A DNA stretch of 64,000 bases from a virus (Duplodnaviria; Caudoviricetes), in IMG/VR virus record IMGVR_UViG_2923519811_000002, positions 43,026-107,025 of that record. One strand, 5' to 3'. Below the pieces are notes generated by a model. It searched no databases and was not told the DNA's origin. It saw only the letters and a program-made list of their open reading frames with translations. The translations under genes were made by a program, and so were the position numbers. Within the stretch, counting starts at the first letter, position 1; every line of letters begins with the position of its first letter. Below are positions 10,711 through 19,621 of the stretch, one piece after another.

Positions 10711-11355
10711 GTGTCCACGCATAACCACCCCGAAGATCAGGACGCCATCGAGAAGCTGCACTCCTCCTACATGGACGCCCTCTTCGACGCTGCCAACGAT
10801 CGCCTTATCGAGTTCCAGGACAAGGCCTACCAGATGGGCCGCGCCCGTGGCCGCCTGGATACCTTCGACTTCGCCGCCCACCTGCAGCGCCAGCGCGAAT
10901 TCAGCGAGCGCACTTTCGGCCCCGGCAGCCGCGCCAAAGGCGTGGTCGACCACATCCGCAAGGAACTCAAGGAGATCGAGGCCAGCCCGGGCGACCTGTC
11001 CGAATGGATCGATGTCGTCATCCTGGCCCTGGACGGCGCCTGGCGCTCCGGTGCCACGCCCGCGCAGATCATCGACGCCTTGGTCGCCAAGCAGACGAGG
11101 AACGAGGCTCGCACCTGGCCGGACTGGCGCTCTGTACCCCTCGACAAAGCGATCGAGCATGACCGAGCCGAGGATCCCATCGACGACGAGACGTACTTCG
11201 TTCACCGCAATGCCGGTAGGAAAGTGTTTGCGAAGCACGGCGAAGTCTTCGTCGATCAGGGAGGGCTGACCAGGGGCTGGGGGAATGGTTGGACCCGCAT
11301 CAAGGCGACCTCTATCGAACATGCCCTGCAGATCGCTGAGGAGGTGTTGCCGTAA
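10711..11355 (+). CDS. DUF550 (MazG-like dATP/dGTP pyrophosphohydrolase) domain protein
   Basis: FSERTFGP...DHIRKELKEIE...LSEWIDVVILALDGAWR. Confidence 0.85.
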   Translation: MSTHNHPEDQDAIEKLHSSYMDALFDAANDRLIEFQDKAYQMGRARGRLDTFDFAAHLQRQREFSERTFGPGSRAKGVVDHIRKELKEIEASPGDLSEWIDVVILALDGAWRSGATPAQIIDALVAKQTRNEARTWPDWRSVPLDKAIEHDRAEDPIDDETYFVHRNAGRKVFAKHGEVFVDQGGLTRGWGNGWTRIKATSIEHALQIAEEVLP

Positions 11356-11690
11356 TGAAGCGCATCTACCTCTCAGGCCCGATGTCCGGCCTGCCCGACG
11401 AGAACCGTCCGGCCTTCAACGCCGAGGCCACTCGCCTGCGCGCCCTGGGCTACCAGGTCGAGAACCCCGCCGAGCTGAACCCGCCCGGCACGCCCCGCCA
11501 CATCTGCATGAAGGTGGACATCCAGGCGCTGCTGGGCTGCGACACCATCGCCCTGCTCCCTGGTTGGATCGACTCCGCCGGCGCAACTCTGGAGCGTGCC
11601 TGCGCCGTCCAGTGCGGCATCCGGACAATCGCCGCCAAGACCATCGCCGAGCCCTGCCAAGCGCCGGCCGAAGCCGCCCTGGAGCAATGA
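11355..11690 (+). CDS. DUF4406 (nucleoside deoxyribosyltransferase-like) protein
   Basis: IYLSGPMSG...NPAE...CDTIALLPGW..SAGATLE. Confidence 0.88.
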   Translation: MKRIYLSGPMSGLPDENRPAFNAEATRLRALGYQVENPAELNPPGTPRHICMKVDIQALLGCDTIALLPGWIDSAGATLERACAVQCGIRTIAAKTIAEPCQAPAEAALEQ

Positions 11691-12730
11691 CCGTGAACAA
11701 GGACCAACACCCAAACGCCGACGATGCATTCGAACCCGAGTTCATGACCTGGTGGGAAAAACACGGCCAGTACTGCCGCTCTGGCGGTGGAGATTACGAG
11801 CGGTCGTTTGCGTTCGAGGCCTGGCGCCACCTCTATCCGAAGCTGATGCAGGCCCGCGCCGCGCGCTCCGCCCCGCATGCTGACGGTATGGCCGATGCTT
11901 ACGTCGGCGCGCGTGAGGACCTGGCTATCTGGAAGCACCGCGCATTGGAGGCCGAACAGAAGGTGCGCGTGCTGGATCAACGTATCGATCAGCTCGTGCT
12001 GGAAGCCCAGGGCGAAACCCGCATGGGCGAGCCGCACATAGCCCCGCCTGCTGCTGTGCCGGCCGAGTTGACCAACGTCCGTTGCATGTGCGGCGACGAG
12101 TACCCGCACGACAGCTACGGCGCTGGGTTCATTGCGGGCTCTGGCATGTGCGAGAACTGCGATGCAGCTATCCCGGCAAAAGAGCCGCCTGCTGCTGGGG
12201 TGCCGGAGGGGTGGCAGCCGATGGAGACCGCACCCAAGGACGGAACGCTGCTGCGCCTGCTGGTCGAGTTCGAAGATCACCCCATCGACGATGGAGCTGG
12301 GCCGTTCGCCACTGTCGGCACCAACTACCGGGACAACACGGGCGAAGACGCCTGGCAGATCGTGGGATGGTGCTGGGAACAGGATCGATTCATCGACGGC
12401 GTTGGCACGCCTATCGGGTGGCTTCCGATGCTCGCCGCCACCCCCACCCCGCCTGCATCCGAACAGCAGAGGGCTGTCTTCGCCATCCCAGACATGGATG
12501 AGCACCTGCTCCAGATACTGGGCCGTCCCAATTTCCGGTGCGCCCATATCGCGCAGGTTCTGCGGCTCGACGGTGCGGAGATCAGGAGGAAGGCCGAGGA
12601 CGAGCAGGCAGTCGTTATTCACTGGATGCTGACCCTATACCTGGCCCATGGAGCCAAATGGTGGGAAGTCGCGACCGAGGAGGTCAAACGCATCCAGTCC
12701 GAGCATATGGCCAAGGGCGAGGGGGTGTGA
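11687..12730 (+). CDS. Mosaic phage accessory protein with a DUF551-like segment
   Basis: WQPMETAPKDGT...GWLPM segment; Ala/Pro linkers between modules. Confidence 0.7.
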   Translation: MTVNKDQHPNADDAFEPEFMTWWEKHGQYCRSGGGDYERSFAFEAWRHLYPKLMQARAARSAPHADGMADAYVGAREDLAIWKHRALEAEQKVRVLDQRIDQLVLEAQGETRMGEPHIAPPAAVPAELTNVRCMCGDEYPHDSYGAGFIAGSGMCENCDAAIPAKEPPAAGVPEGWQPMETAPKDGTLLRLLVEFEDHPIDDGAGPFATVGTNYRDNTGEDAWQIVGWCWEQDRFIDGVGTPIGWLPMLAATPTPPASEQQRAVFAIPDMDEHLLQILGRPNFRCAHIAQVLRLDGAEIRRKAEDEQAVVIHWMLTLYLAHGAKWWEVATEEVKRIQSEHMAKGEGV

Positions 12731-12731
12731 G

Positions 12732-13181
12732 ATGGCCGGACCACCGATTGAACCCCAGGAATACCTCTACGGCCCGACGGTCGTGCAGATCGAGGATCTT
12801 CGCGTCGCCCGAGGTCTGACCAGGCGCCCGCTGTCGTCATGCCGGCATCGCCAGCTGGTCTACGACGACAAAGAGCGCCGCGTCTGGTGCCAGGACTGCG
12901 AGCAGGAAGTGGAAAGCTTCGACGCGTTCCTGTCCGTGGTTGGCGTATTCCAGCGGGCGAAAGCCGAGATTGATCGCCGCCGACGGGAGCTGGAAGAGGT
13001 CGAGAAGTTCAGGATCGTCAGCCGGGCCGCGAAGGCCATGGATGCAGCATGGCGCAAGCGTGACACAGCGCCGCTCTGCCCTCACTGCATGACGGCAATC
13101 CTCCCCGAAGACGTGGCAAAGGGTGTTGCCGAGTGCTCCCGGAGCCTCGCACAGGCGCGCCGCAAGAAGCCCACCAAGTAA
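12732..13181 (+). CDS. Zn-finger-like hypothetical phage protein
   Basis: WCQDC and LCPHC pairs. Confidence 0.7.
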   Translation: MAGPPIEPQEYLYGPTVVQIEDLRVARGLTRRPLSSCRHRQLVYDDKERRVWCQDCEQEVESFDAFLSVVGVFQRAKAEIDRRRRELEEVEKFRIVSRAAKAMDAAWRKRDTAPLCPHCMTAILPEDVAKGVAECSRSLAQARRKKPTK

Positions 13182-13231
13182 CCCCCATCCCATAGCAACC
13201 CGCCGGCCATGCCGGCGGGATGGAGGCATTC

Positions 13232-13468
13232 ATGTCCGAGGTATCCGAGTTCCTCACGGAGGACGAAATGCGCGCCATGATCGGCGCAACCTGGCCCAGC
13301 CGGCAGATCCAGTGGCTGGAGCGCCACCAGTGGAGGTTCGAAGTGAACGCCGCTGGCCGCCCCATTGTGGGGCGCGTCTACGCGCGCCTGCGCCTGGCCG
13401 GCGTGAAGCCGGACCAGAAGAACATCACGGCAGATCCGTGGGTGCTTGACATGTCAAACGTGAATTGA
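13232..13468 (+). CDS. DUF4224-family excisionase-like protein
   Basis: FLTEDEM...QIQWL...NAAGRPIVGR; directly upstream of int; GGAGG RBS. Confidence 0.85.
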   Translation: MSEVSEFLTEDEMRAMIGATWPSRQIQWLERHQWRFEVNAAGRPIVGRVYARLRLAGVKPDQKNITADPWVLDMSNVN

Positions 13469-13469
13469 A

Positions 13470-14537
13470 ATGCGACCGAAAGATCCGACGAACCGAGACC
13501 TGCCACCACGGATGGTGCGCAGGGTCCGAAAGCTGAAAAGCGGGAAAGTGTGGGTTGGCTACTACTACAACGGGAGGGACGAGAACGGCAGGCGGAAAGA
13601 GATCCCGCTGGGGAGTGATCTGGACGAGGCAAGGGTCGAATGGGCGCGGCTGTCGCGCCAGGCAGCGCCTAAGCCGAAGCACCTCATGGGGGCCATGTTC
13701 GACCGGTACGAGCGGGAAATCATCCCTACCAAGGCGCCCAGGACCCAGAGCGACAACCTGAAAGAGCTGGTGCGCCTACGCGCCGCTTTCGAGAATGCGC
13801 CGATCGACGCGATTACGCCGGCGATTGTCGCCCAGTACCGAGACGGCAGGACGGCCAAAACACGGGCCAACCGCGAGATCGCCCTGCTCTCCCATGTGTT
13901 CACGATTGCCCGGGAATGGGGGCTCACGGATCGTGAAAACCCCTGCTCCAGGGTGCGACGGAACAAGGAAAAGGTCCGCGACTACTATGCCACCGACCAG
14001 GTGTGGGACGCCGTCTACGCCCTCGCGGTGCAGGAGCTGCGCGACGCCATGGACCTCGCCTACTTGACCGGCCAGCGCCCGGCCGACTCCATCAAGCCAA
14101 CGAAATTCGACATCACCGACGACTACATGCTGGTGGCCCAGGGGAAAACCGGGAAAAAACTGCGTATCAAGCTGCGGGACGGCGAGGAGTTGACGGGGCT
14201 GGGGCGCTTCTTGGAGGGGCTGATGGCCAGGCGCGAGCAGGCCGGCATCCGTAACAGCACGCTGATCACCAACCCTGCAGGTCTGCGCTTGAGCTACGCG
14301 ATGTTGCGGAATCGCTGGGACGAGGCGCGGGCGAAGGCTGCCAAGGCCGCCGAGGAAAAGGGAGACCGGGCGCTTGCAGCTCGGATCCGGGAATTCCAGT
14401 TCCGAGACATCCGGCCGAAGGCGGCAACGGAAATTGAGGACATCGGCGAGGCCAGCAAGCTGCTGGGCCACTCGAAAGAGGAGACGACAAAGCGCGTATA
14501 TCGCCGCGTTGGTGAGGTGGTGAAGCCCACCAAGTGA
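13470..14537 (+). CDS. int: Tyrosine integrase of the lambdoid prophage
   Basis: TGQR, QGKTG, FRDIRPKA, LLGH and VY catalytic boxes. Confidence 0.95.
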   Translation: MRPKDPTNRDLPPRMVRRVRKLKSGKVWVGYYYNGRDENGRRKEIPLGSDLDEARVEWARLSRQAAPKPKHLMGAMFDRYEREIIPTKAPRTQSDNLKELVRLRAAFENAPIDAITPAIVAQYRDGRTAKTRANREIALLSHVFTIAREWGLTDRENPCSRVRRNKEKVRDYYATDQVWDAVYALAVQELRDAMDLAYLTGQRPADSIKPTKFDITDDYMLVAQGKTGKKLRIKLRDGEELTGLGRFLEGLMARREQAGIRNSTLITNPAGLRLSYAMLRNRWDEARAKAAKAAEEKGDRALAARIREFQFRDIRPKAATEIEDIGEASKLLGHSKEETTKRVYRRVGEVVKPTK

Positions 14538-14542
14538 CGCTT

Positions 14543-14576
14543 GGTTGCGGAAATGATCCGTTGTAGTTGCGGAAAC
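14543..14576 (+). repeat. Tandem GTTGCGGAAA repeats, putative integrase arm-binding sites
   Basis: GGTTGCGGAAAT 14543-14554 and AGTTGCGGAAAC 14565-14576, between int and the att core. Confidence 0.7.
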
Positions 14577-14597
14577 TATTACGCGCGCCCGGAAATG

Positions 14598-14630
14598 AAA
14601 AAGCCCCGTAGACGTGAATCTACGGGGCTT
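14598..14630 (-). terminator. Rho-independent terminator downstream of tRNA-Cys
   Basis: 12-bp stem AAGCCCCGTAGA/TCTACGGGGCTT followed by a U run on the minus strand. Confidence 0.85.
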
Positions 14631-14636
14631 CTCATA

Positions 14637-14710
14637 TGGAGGCCGAAGTCGGAATCGAACCGGCGTACACGGATTTGCAATCCGCTGCATGACCACTCTG
14701 CCATCCGGCC
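14637..14710 (-). tRNA. tRNA-Cys(GCA); its 3' end is the prophage attachment site
   Basis: 74-nt cloverleaf, anticodon loop TTGCAAA, GGTTCGATTCC, CCA end. Confidence 0.97.
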
Positions 14711-14714
14711 TTAA

Positions 14715-14746
14715 ATGAAGACGCCGCTTTGAGGCGGCGTCTTCAT
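14715..14746. repeat. Perfect 13-bp inverted repeat in the tRNA spacer
   Basis: ATGAAGACGCCGC-N6-GCGGCGTCTTCAT. Confidence 0.8.
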
Positions 14747-14753
14747 GACAATC

Positions 14754-14829
<76 letters not shown>

Positions 14830-14850
14830 TTTGTCTTGGTGACGGGCGCC

Positions 14851-14878
14851 ATTCTATAGGATCATTAGCAGCCGTCAA
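14851..14878 (-). promoter_or_regulatory. sigma70 promoter of the tRNA operon
   Basis: TTGACG-N16-TAGAAT with GC-rich discriminator GGCGCCC. Confidence 0.8.
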
Positions 14879-14897
14879 CCCCTTGATTCAAAAAAGT

Positions 14898-15458
14898 TTA
14901 TTTATCTTTCGGCTCGGTGCTCAGGTGCGGCCAGGCGGCCAACAGGTAATGCAGCATCGACCACAGCGTCAGCGCGGCGGCGATGATCAACAGCAGGAAG
15001 CCGAGCACCACCCAGAAGCTCACCACCGGCGGATTGGCCAGCAGGATGACCAGCGCCAGCATCTGCGCCGCCGTCTTCCACTTGCCGAGATTGGAGACTG
15101 CGACCTGGGCACGCGCGCCCAGCTCCGCCATCCATTCCCGCAGTGCCGAGACCACGATCTCGCGACCGATAATGATGGCCGCCGGCAAGGTCAGCCACAG
15201 CGTATGGTGCTCCTCGACCAGCAGCACCAGCGCCACCGCCACCATCAGCTTGTCCGCCACCGGGTCGAGGAAGGCCCCGAACGGGGTGCTCTGCTCCCAG
15301 CGACGCGCCAGGTAGCCATCGAACCAGTCGGTGACCGCCGCGATGGCGAACACCGCGCTTGCGGCCATGTGGCTCCCCGAAAACGGAAGATAGAACAGCA
15401 GGATGAAGACGGGGATCAGCAGAACACGCAGAACGGTGAGCAGGTTTGGAATATTCAT
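14898..15458 (-). CDS. pgsA: CDP-diacylglycerol--glycerol-3-phosphate 3-phosphatidyltransferase
   Basis: [25 protein letters not shown]; conserved uvrC-pgsA-tRNA synteny. Confidence 0.98.
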   Translation of the reverse strand: MNIPNLLTVLRVLLIPVFILLFYLPFSGSHMAASAVFAIAAVTDWFDGYLARRWEQSTPFGAFLDPVADKLMVAVALVLLVEEHHTLWLTLPAAIIIGREIVVSALREWMAELGARAQVAVSNLGKWKTAAQMLALVILLANPPVVSFWVVLGFLLLIIAAALTLWSMLHYLLAAWPHLSTEPKDK

Positions 15459-15490
15459 CGTCACAGCAAGACCGAAAAAGAGGGGGCATT

Positions 15491-17314
15491 CTACTCGCTG
15501 TGCAGGGCCGCATAAATCGACTCGGCGAGCTTTTTGCTGATGCCAGGTGCCTTGGCGATCTCCTCGATACTGGCGCGACTCAATTCCTGCAACCCACCGA
15601 AATGCTTGAGCAGCTCGCGCCGACGCTTCGGCCCTACTCCCGCCACCTCTTCCAGGCTGGAGGTCCGACGGGCCTTGCCGCGTCGTGCACGGTGGCCGGT
15701 GATGGCAAAGCGGTGTGCCTCGTCGCGAATCTGCTGGATCAGGTGCAGCGCAGGCGCGTCGGCCGGCAGGGTGAACTCGTTCTCCGGGCCATTGAGGTAA
15801 AGCGTCTCGAAGCCCGGCTTGCGGGTCACGCCCTTGGCCACGCCGAGCAGGATGAGTTCCGGCACTGCCAGCTCCTGCAGCACCTCCCGCGCCATGGCCA
15901 GCTGGCCTTTACCGCCGTCCACCAGCAGCACGTCCGGCAGCTTGCCCTCTCCATCCTTCAACTTGCTGAAGCGTCGGGTCAGCGCCTGGTGCATCGCCGC
16001 ATAGTCGTCGCCGGCGGTCACGCCCTCGATGTTGTAGCGGCGGTAGTCGGACTTGAGCGCCCCTTCCGGGCCAAACACCACGCAGGACGCCACGGTCGCC
16101 TCACCGCTGGAATGGCTGATGTCGTAGCACTCCAGCCGCTGCGGCGGCTCGGCCAGGCCGAGCACCTCGCCGAGCGCTTCGAACTTGTCCGCCATGTGCT
16201 GGCGGTTGGCCAAGCGCGCAGCAAGGGCCTGCTCGGCGTTGGTGACCGCCAGTTGCTGCCAGCGAGCGCGGTTGGTCCGCACCCGGTGGCTGATGCTGAG
16301 TTCACGCCCACGCGACTCGGCGATGGCTTCGATCAGCGTCGGGAAATCCTCGTGGACGGTATTGACGATCAGCTCCTGCGGCAGATCGCGCTCATGGCTG
16401 CCCAGGTAGTACTGCGCAATGAAGGCCACCAGCACGTCGCCCACCTCTTCCTCGATCGCCACCTGGGGGAAGAAGTTCTTGCTGCCCAGCACGCGCCCAC
16501 CCCGGACGCTGATGAGGTGCACACAGGCGCCGCCCGGGTTGACGATGGCGGCAACCACATCGACGTCGCCAGTGCCCCCCTCGATGCTCTGCTGGTCCTG
16601 CACGCGCCGCAGCATCGACACCTGGTCGCGCAACTCGGCAGCCCGCTCGAACTCCAGGTTCATCGCCGCCTGCTCCATGCTGTTGGTCAGCTCGGCTGCC
16701 AGGGCATTGCTCCGCCCTTCCAGGAACATCACGGAGTGGCGCACGTCCTCGGCGTACTCGTTCGCCTCCACCAGGCCGACACACGGTCCTTTGCAGCGCT
16801 TGATCTGGTATTGCAGGCATGGCCGGGTGCGGTTGCGGAAGTAGCTGTCCTCGCACTGGCGCACGAGAAACGCCTTCTGCAGCAGGTTCAGGCTTTCACG
16901 GATGGCCCCCGCACTGGGGTAAGGCCCGAAGTAGCGCCCCTTCTGCTTCTTCGCCCCGCGATGGATGCTCAGCCGCGGGAACTCGCCATCGGAGAGGTGC
17001 ACATAGGGATAGGACTTATCGTCCCGCAGCAGGATGTTGTAAGGCGGCCGCCATTCCTTGATGAGCGTCTGCTCAAGCAGCAGCGCTTCCGTCTCGTTGG
17101 CGGTGATGGTGGTCTCGACCTGCGCGATGCGGGCCACCAGGGCAGCCGTCTTGGGCGCCAGACCGGTCTTGCGGAAGTAGCTGGCGAGGCGCTTCTTGAG
17201 GTTCTTGGCCTTGCCGACATAAAGCAGCTTGCCGCCCTCGTCGAACATCCGGTAAACGCCCGGACGCCCACTGCAGGCGGCAAGAAAATCACTTGCATCG
17301 AATGTGGGTTGCAT
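15491..17314 (-). CDS. uvrC: Excinuclease ABC subunit C
   Basis: GIY-YIG (PGVY...YVGKAKNL), YDISH, DGGKGQ, C-terminal HhH. Confidence 0.99.
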   Translation of the reverse strand: MQPTFDASDFLAACSGRPGVYRMFDEGGKLLYVGKAKNLKKRLASYFRKTGLAPKTAALVARIAQVETTITANETEALLLEQTLIKEWRPPYNILLRDDKSYPYVHLSDGEFPRLSIHRGAKKQKGRYFGPYPSAGAIRESLNLLQKAFLVRQCEDSYFRNRTRPCLQYQIKRCKGPCVGLVEANEYAEDVRHSVMFLEGRSNALAAELTNSMEQAAMNLEFERAAELRDQVSMLRRVQDQQSIEGGTGDVDVVAAIVNPGGACVHLISVRGGRVLGSKNFFPQVAIEEEVGDVLVAFIAQYYLGSHERDLPQELIVNTVHEDFPTLIEAIAESRGRELSISHRVRTNRARWQQLAVTNAEQALAARLANRQHMADKFEALGEVLGLAEPPQRLECYDISHSSGEATVASCVVFGPEGALKSDYRRYNIEGVTAGDDYAAMHQALTRRFSKLKDGEGKLPDVLLVDGGKGQLAMAREVLQELAVPELILLGVAKGVTRKPGFETLYLNGPENEFTLPADAPALHLIQQIRDEAHRFAITGHRARRGKARRTSSLEEVAGVGPKRRRELLKHFGGLQELSRASIEEIAKAPGISKKLAESIYAALHSE

Positions 17315-17958
17315 CAGCTGACGGCGTCCACCATGCCGTGGCGAACCGCCAGCAGAGCCAGCTCGACATCGCTGGAGATGGAGAGCTTGTCGAAGATCCG
17401 GTAGCGGTAGGTGTTCACCGTCTTCGGCGACAGGCACAGCTTGTCGGAAATGGTCTGGACCTTCTGGCAGTTGGCGATCATCAACGCGATCTGGATTTCC
17501 CGCTCCGACAACAGGTCGAACGGCGAACCACTCGTCTGCGGCTGGAAGGACTTCAGCGCCAACTGCTGGGCAATCTGCGGGCAGATGTAGCGCTGCCCGG
17601 CGAAGACCTGGCGAATCGCCTGGACCATCTCTTCAAGCGCAGCGCCCTTGGTGAGGTAGCCCGCCGCACCGGCCTGCAGCAGCCGGGTCGGAAACGGATC
17701 CTCTTCGCACACCGTCACCGCCACCACCTTCAGATCGGGGTAGCTGCGCAGCAGCTTGCGGGTCGCTTCGAGACCGCCGATGCCGGGCATCTTCACATCC
17801 ATCAGCACCACGTCGGGCTTGAGCTCGCGCGCCTTCTTCAGCGCTTCCTCGCCGCTCTCGGCCTGCCCCACCACCTGCAGCCCATCGATGTCCGAGAGCA
17901 TGCGGCTGATGCCTGTTCTAACCAGATCGTGGTCATCGACCACCAGTACCCTAATCAA
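17314..17958 (-). CDS. gacA: Response regulator GacA/UvrY
   Basis: REC plus LuxR HTH; TTG start; coupled to uvrC. Confidence 0.98.
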   Translation of the reverse strand: MIRVLVVDDHDLVRTGISRMLSDIDGLQVVGQAESGEEALKKARELKPDVVLMDVKMPGIGGLEATRKLLRSYPDLKVVAVTVCEEDPFPTRLLQAGAAGYLTKGAALEEMVQAIRQVFAGQRYICPQIAQQLALKSFQPQTSGSPFDLLSEREIQIALMIANCQKVQTISDKLCLSPKTVNTYRYRIFDKLSISSDVELALLAVRHGMVDAVS

Positions 17959-18564
17959 GCGACACCTCGCAGTGCACCGCCCGCCAAACTGGGGAGCGTC
18001 ACATGGAAAGGCCGATACATTAGCAAGTCGGAGCGCTCAGACCTAGCGCGACCGCCACCGTCAAATCACAAGCGCCAGGAAAACATAAGCAGCAAGGACT
18101 GACAATCGAGTCCGCCTATCACCACCGGAGGAGTCCGCCGCAGCGGGCGCCCTCACCAAAGGGAAAATCGCCTCCGGAACTTCAGCGTAGGACGCCCTGA
18201 CAGGGCGAGTCAGGCGCCTTGACGACCGGCTACGGGCAGACCGGAAACTGCCGAAGCGCCAGGTACAGAAATCGCCTATCGCGATGCCATCGCGCTTTAG
18301 GAAATAAAGAGACCGACGCACCCCCCCAAAAATCACGGCCGTCAAAAAGCAGTGCAAATCCATTGGAAGCGCAGCCACAAAAGAGCCAGCGGTGCCCAGC
18401 CGGCAAGCGTCAGCGCCGCACGGTACTGGTGGAGCCGCAGCCTGGAGAACGCCACCGAAAAGCCAGGACGCAGTAACTGAAAGGGCTGGAAGCACATCGA
18501 GAGCTACGTCATCGACGCCTGAAAAGAAAACCCGCAATGCCCCGATGGGCCCGAGCACTGTCGA

Positions 18565-18593
18565 TTGACACCCTCTTCCCCACGCCCTAACGT
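18565..18593 (+). promoter_or_regulatory. sigma70 promoter of the relic C4 module
   Basis: TTGACA-N17-TAACGT. Confidence 0.7.
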
Positions 18594-18691
18594 TGCCGCG
18601 CTGCCCAACCTGGGCAGTCGGGATTGGCGTCCCGAACGAGGACAGGTGCATGAACGTTGTTCAGGCACCTTGCATGGTTGCACCCGCGTTA

Positions 18692-18768
18692 TGGGGCGTG
18701 CCGTGCAGGGCATCTTCGGATGCACCGTTCGTTCTCGACGGTTACGCCAACCTGCATGGCCCGCTCCA
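18692..18768 (+). ncRNA. C4-type antisense RNA (relic module)
   Basis: Closing stem, TTCG hairpin, and GTTCTCG/ACGCCAA segments complementary to flanking CGAG(A/G)AC and TTGGCGT repeats. Confidence 0.75.
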
Positions 18769-18815
18769 CCCTGATTGGCGTCAGGAGGCGGTCAGTCGAC
18801 CCATCGAGAACAACC

Positions 18816-19064
18816 ATGACCTCTGCAAACCTCAGTTCGCTCTACAAAAACGATCTCCATCACCTGACCCTCTACGAAGCGGCCTACGTGCGCCAACGCG
18901 CGTTGCTCGGCATGCTCGGCTTCCTGTCCAACATTCCCGACCACGGCACGCCATCCCCCGAACTGCTGGGCGGCGCATTCGCCTGCCTGGAGTACCTCGC
19001 CGAAGATGCCGCCCGGCTCTACGAGGCCGCTCAGGACGAAGCGAAAAATCACCCGACAGGCTGA
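18816..19064 (+). CDS. Small protein downstream of the C4 RNA (icd position); resembles 33819-34034
   Basis: Shares the PELLG motif and the same position. Confidence 0.65.
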   Translation: MTSANLSSLYKNDLHHLTLYEAAYVRQRALLGMLGFLSNIPDHGTPSPELLGGAFACLEYLAEDAARLYEAAQDEAKNHPTG

Positions 19065-19083
19065 CCAAGTCAGCCTCATCTGG

Positions 19084-19560
19084 CACCCGCGCCGACGGCG
19101 ACCAGCACCGCGACCTGGTGGCCGACGGCGGCGACAACCTCAAAGACCGAAGCACTGCGCCGCCCGCAACGAGTGGAACCGCCTGCATCGCGGCAGCGCC
19201 AGCCTCAGCTACAGACTGGCCAAGGACTGGCCAGACCCATCCCAGAACTCACCTACACCCTGCAGGACGTGAAAGACGCGATCGACACCATCGCCTGGCA
19301 CGGCGGCAACATGCAGCACAGCCTCACCGCCAGTGGCGGCTACATCACTAGCCTGGAGCCGGAGAGCAAACTGCCCCGAAGACCTGGGGGACGCGCTGTA
19401 CGAGGAAATGCCCGGCGACTACACCGGCGTGATCGCCTACTGCCAGGGCAAGAGACGGGGAAGGAGGAAAGCCTTTCCGCTGACGACCCGAGCAAGCCCA
19501 AACGCCTGCGGCATCTATATGCGAGCCAGGCGAATACGGAGCGGGCGATGGATAGAGAAT
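19084..19560 (+). pseudogene. Degenerate 3' part of P2-type gpD
   Basis: Collinear with about 47586-48165 but with internal deletions and frameshifts. Confidence 0.9.
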
Positions 19561-19621
19561 ATAGACATATTCACATCAAGAAAGGATGATTAGTCAGTCC
19601 ATTAAGTGAATAGGACTCAAA

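Larger units (their letters stand above)
1..14636 (+). mobile_element. Lambdoid prophage arm (early/recombination/methylation genes through xis-int) integrated at tRNA-Cys; continues left of window
   Basis: Co-oriented phage-type genes ending in a DUF4224-like xis and a tyrosine integrase next to the tRNA-Cys 3' end. Confidence 0.92.

Noticed and set aside
13166-14535. 14-bp direct repeat GAAGCCCACCAAGT flanking xis-int (13166-13179 and 14522-14535)
   Set aside because: Both copies encode a KPTK end with preferred codons; chance cannot be excluded and nothing else supports it
18061-18560. ORFs or structured RNA upstream of gacA
   Set aside because: No recognisable protein motif, repeat or convincing stem found; left unannotated
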